Shown here one piece after another: positions 62,401-64,000 of a stretch of DNA of 64,000 nucleotides (position 1 is its first letter; every line of letters begins with the position of its first letter). The stretch is from Amphiscolops sp. MND2022. Taxonomy: Eukaryota. The stretch lies in the NCBI GenBank assembly GCA_964187785.1, contig OZ076409.1:75642001-75706000 (forward strand). Direction: 5' to 3'. Position numbers and translations under genes: made by a program. The notes beneath the pieces are model-generated. The model did not search any database. It saw nothing but the letters and a program-made list of their open reading frames with translations, and was not told where the DNA came from.

Positions 62401-64000
62401 CAACGGCAAAAACGATGTCGTGATAATTCCGTTATAAGAATATTAATTAACAAATTGTTTCCAAAGTTGATTTTTTCCATTCGAAATGTGTCCTAATGCC
62501 ACCAAATTGAATAAAATAATAAATGGTATTGACTAAACCTAAATAACATTGAAAAAGAAGCTCAACATTTTTAATAGGTCTCATTATGGAAGCTGAAACC
62601 TCACGTTTTAACTTAATTAACGTCAACGCCACATACTTTACATCAACGCCCACCGTCTGTGGGCATGCCGAGGCATGCCCTTCGACGACGTATACCAATT
62701 ACATATATATCCACACCCACCCGCGGTAGCAGCTAGGTGGCCGTGTCTTTTCGACGTGCTTTTGCATTGAGGAGTGGGTAGGGCCCCGCGACGACCTAGA
62801 AAAATTGGATGCTCACCGAAACGTGCAGAATTCTACGAGATCTCATAGTTTGAGCCATACGATTTTGCTGAAATTTGGCATGTGGCCTGGAATTGGTGAG
62901 TAGGTAAAACGTGTAGGAGGTGATTTTTCCCAAATTCCACTGTGAGACGAGATATGGGCAAATAACGGTCCCAAAAATGGCAAAAATGCACTTTTTTCAA
63001 CTTTGTCAGCCCATATCTCGTTCCCATGTGCCCGGAGCGGGACGCGTTAAGCTGATTATAAACTCTAGGGTGTTGAGGCTGTACGGGGAAGTCAGGCCCG
63101 TTCCGATCGGACTTGTAGTCTTGGAGAAATAACGGTATTTTTGGGGAACCTTTTCTAACGGTCCAGCTTATCTTTGCCATTTTTTCGAAAATGTACTCGC
63201 CTAAAGGCCTCCCCCTGGCCGAATTTACTCCCAGCAAAACCATTTGGCCCTAAATACGGAGTTTCAGCGTTCCAGCATTCCCGGGCGAAAAGTTGTGGGA
63301 CTTGGAAAATTTTCAAAAATTTTCAAAAAATTTTTTTTTCGTTTTCCGGGCCCCCAATGAAGGGGAAACGACCCCCAACCAGTATTTTGAGTGAATTCAT
63401 GTGGAAAGCCCATGTTTGGAGGAGAAAAATGCCGTTTAGCACATCTTTTTATCTTGACTCAACGTTGACTTATGACGTTTTGAATGTGATGTAAGGATGT
63501 AGGAGGCATGTGATAAGTTGATGTTTTGAGTCTTTATCTCATATGAAAGCGGTTGAGATGCAAGCTGTCCTGCTCAAAACGTCTTTCGTGGTAATTTTCC
63601 AGTGCACCAATACCCTTTGGTGTCATATAAACATACTTTTTGTCGATATATTAACAATTTTAATGTATTTATTCCAATTTTTATTATCTTATAACTCAAA
63701 ACAGTTGAGTACATTTCATCTCCCTTTCGGGGGAGATGAGAATGTACTCGCTAAAGACCTAGCGCCATGACCAAAAGTTTGAAACCCACGTTTTTTTATC
63801 TTCTTACAGACTTGTTTTTGTATTTTTTCGGAATTTTTTAAAAATTAAAATACTTGAAATATATTACTTGACTTTACTACTACAACCCACCTCCAACGAC
63901 AACGCCCCCCTGCTTGCATCAACGCCCGCCGTCCGTAGGCATGCCGAGGCATGCCTTTCGACGACGTATGCCAAATACCCAATGCCACGCTGTCATTATC
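59435..64000 (+). mobile_element. Continuation of the array: three non-autonomous units (59435-60742, 60743-62736, 62737 to just past the window end)
   Basis: Same termini. The last unit ends ...GTCATTATC at the window edge, matching the tail at 42781-42820, so it is ~5 nt short of its CTAG. Confidence 0.92.
60743..62736 (+). mobile_element. Long non-autonomous unit, 1994 bp, diverged sibling of 44103-46096
   Basis: Same head and collinear interior with many substitutions; standard 3' hairpin and CTAG. Confidence 0.88.

Noticed and set aside
1..64000. Bacterial integron (attC cassettes) or plain satellite DNA
   Set aside because: There is no tyrosine recombinase and no attC R-box pattern, and the units are non-coding. 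Plain satellite does not explain Helitron termini shared with an intact RepHel element or the mix of unrelated unit families, though a satellite-like chromosomal role is not excluded.

Overview
The window is eukaryotic, AT-rich DNA with no recognisable host genes. It is one head-to-tail array of Helitron-like rolling-circle elements, all in the same orientation. I count 38 junctions: 37 read CTAG|GTG and one reads CTGG|GTG. Each junction is preceded by an almost invariant module (TCAACGCC direct repeats, a GGGCATGCC-GA-GGCATGCCC hairpin, TTCGACGACG) and a variable 25-45 nt tail. Thirty-two of the 37 complete units are 1262-1316 bp non-coding mosaics assembled from several interchangeable head, middle and tail modules. 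The exceptions are units of 1396 bp, 3070 bp, 1994 bp (twice) and one of 12,050 bp (47385-59434). The 12 kb unit is an apparently intact autonomous element. It encodes a 2327-aa protein (Cys-rich N-terminus, HUH Rep with Y2 motif, Pif1-type helicase, C-terminal SLX1-like GIY-YIG domain) and a second, probably spliced ~366-aa Cys-containing gene. The non-canonical GTG start, the absence of host DNA or nested insertions, the shuffled order of unit types and the tight unit length suggest (by inference) a self-targeting Helitron system that inserts units precisely at its own junctions. Coordinates were read by eye; no database searches were run.
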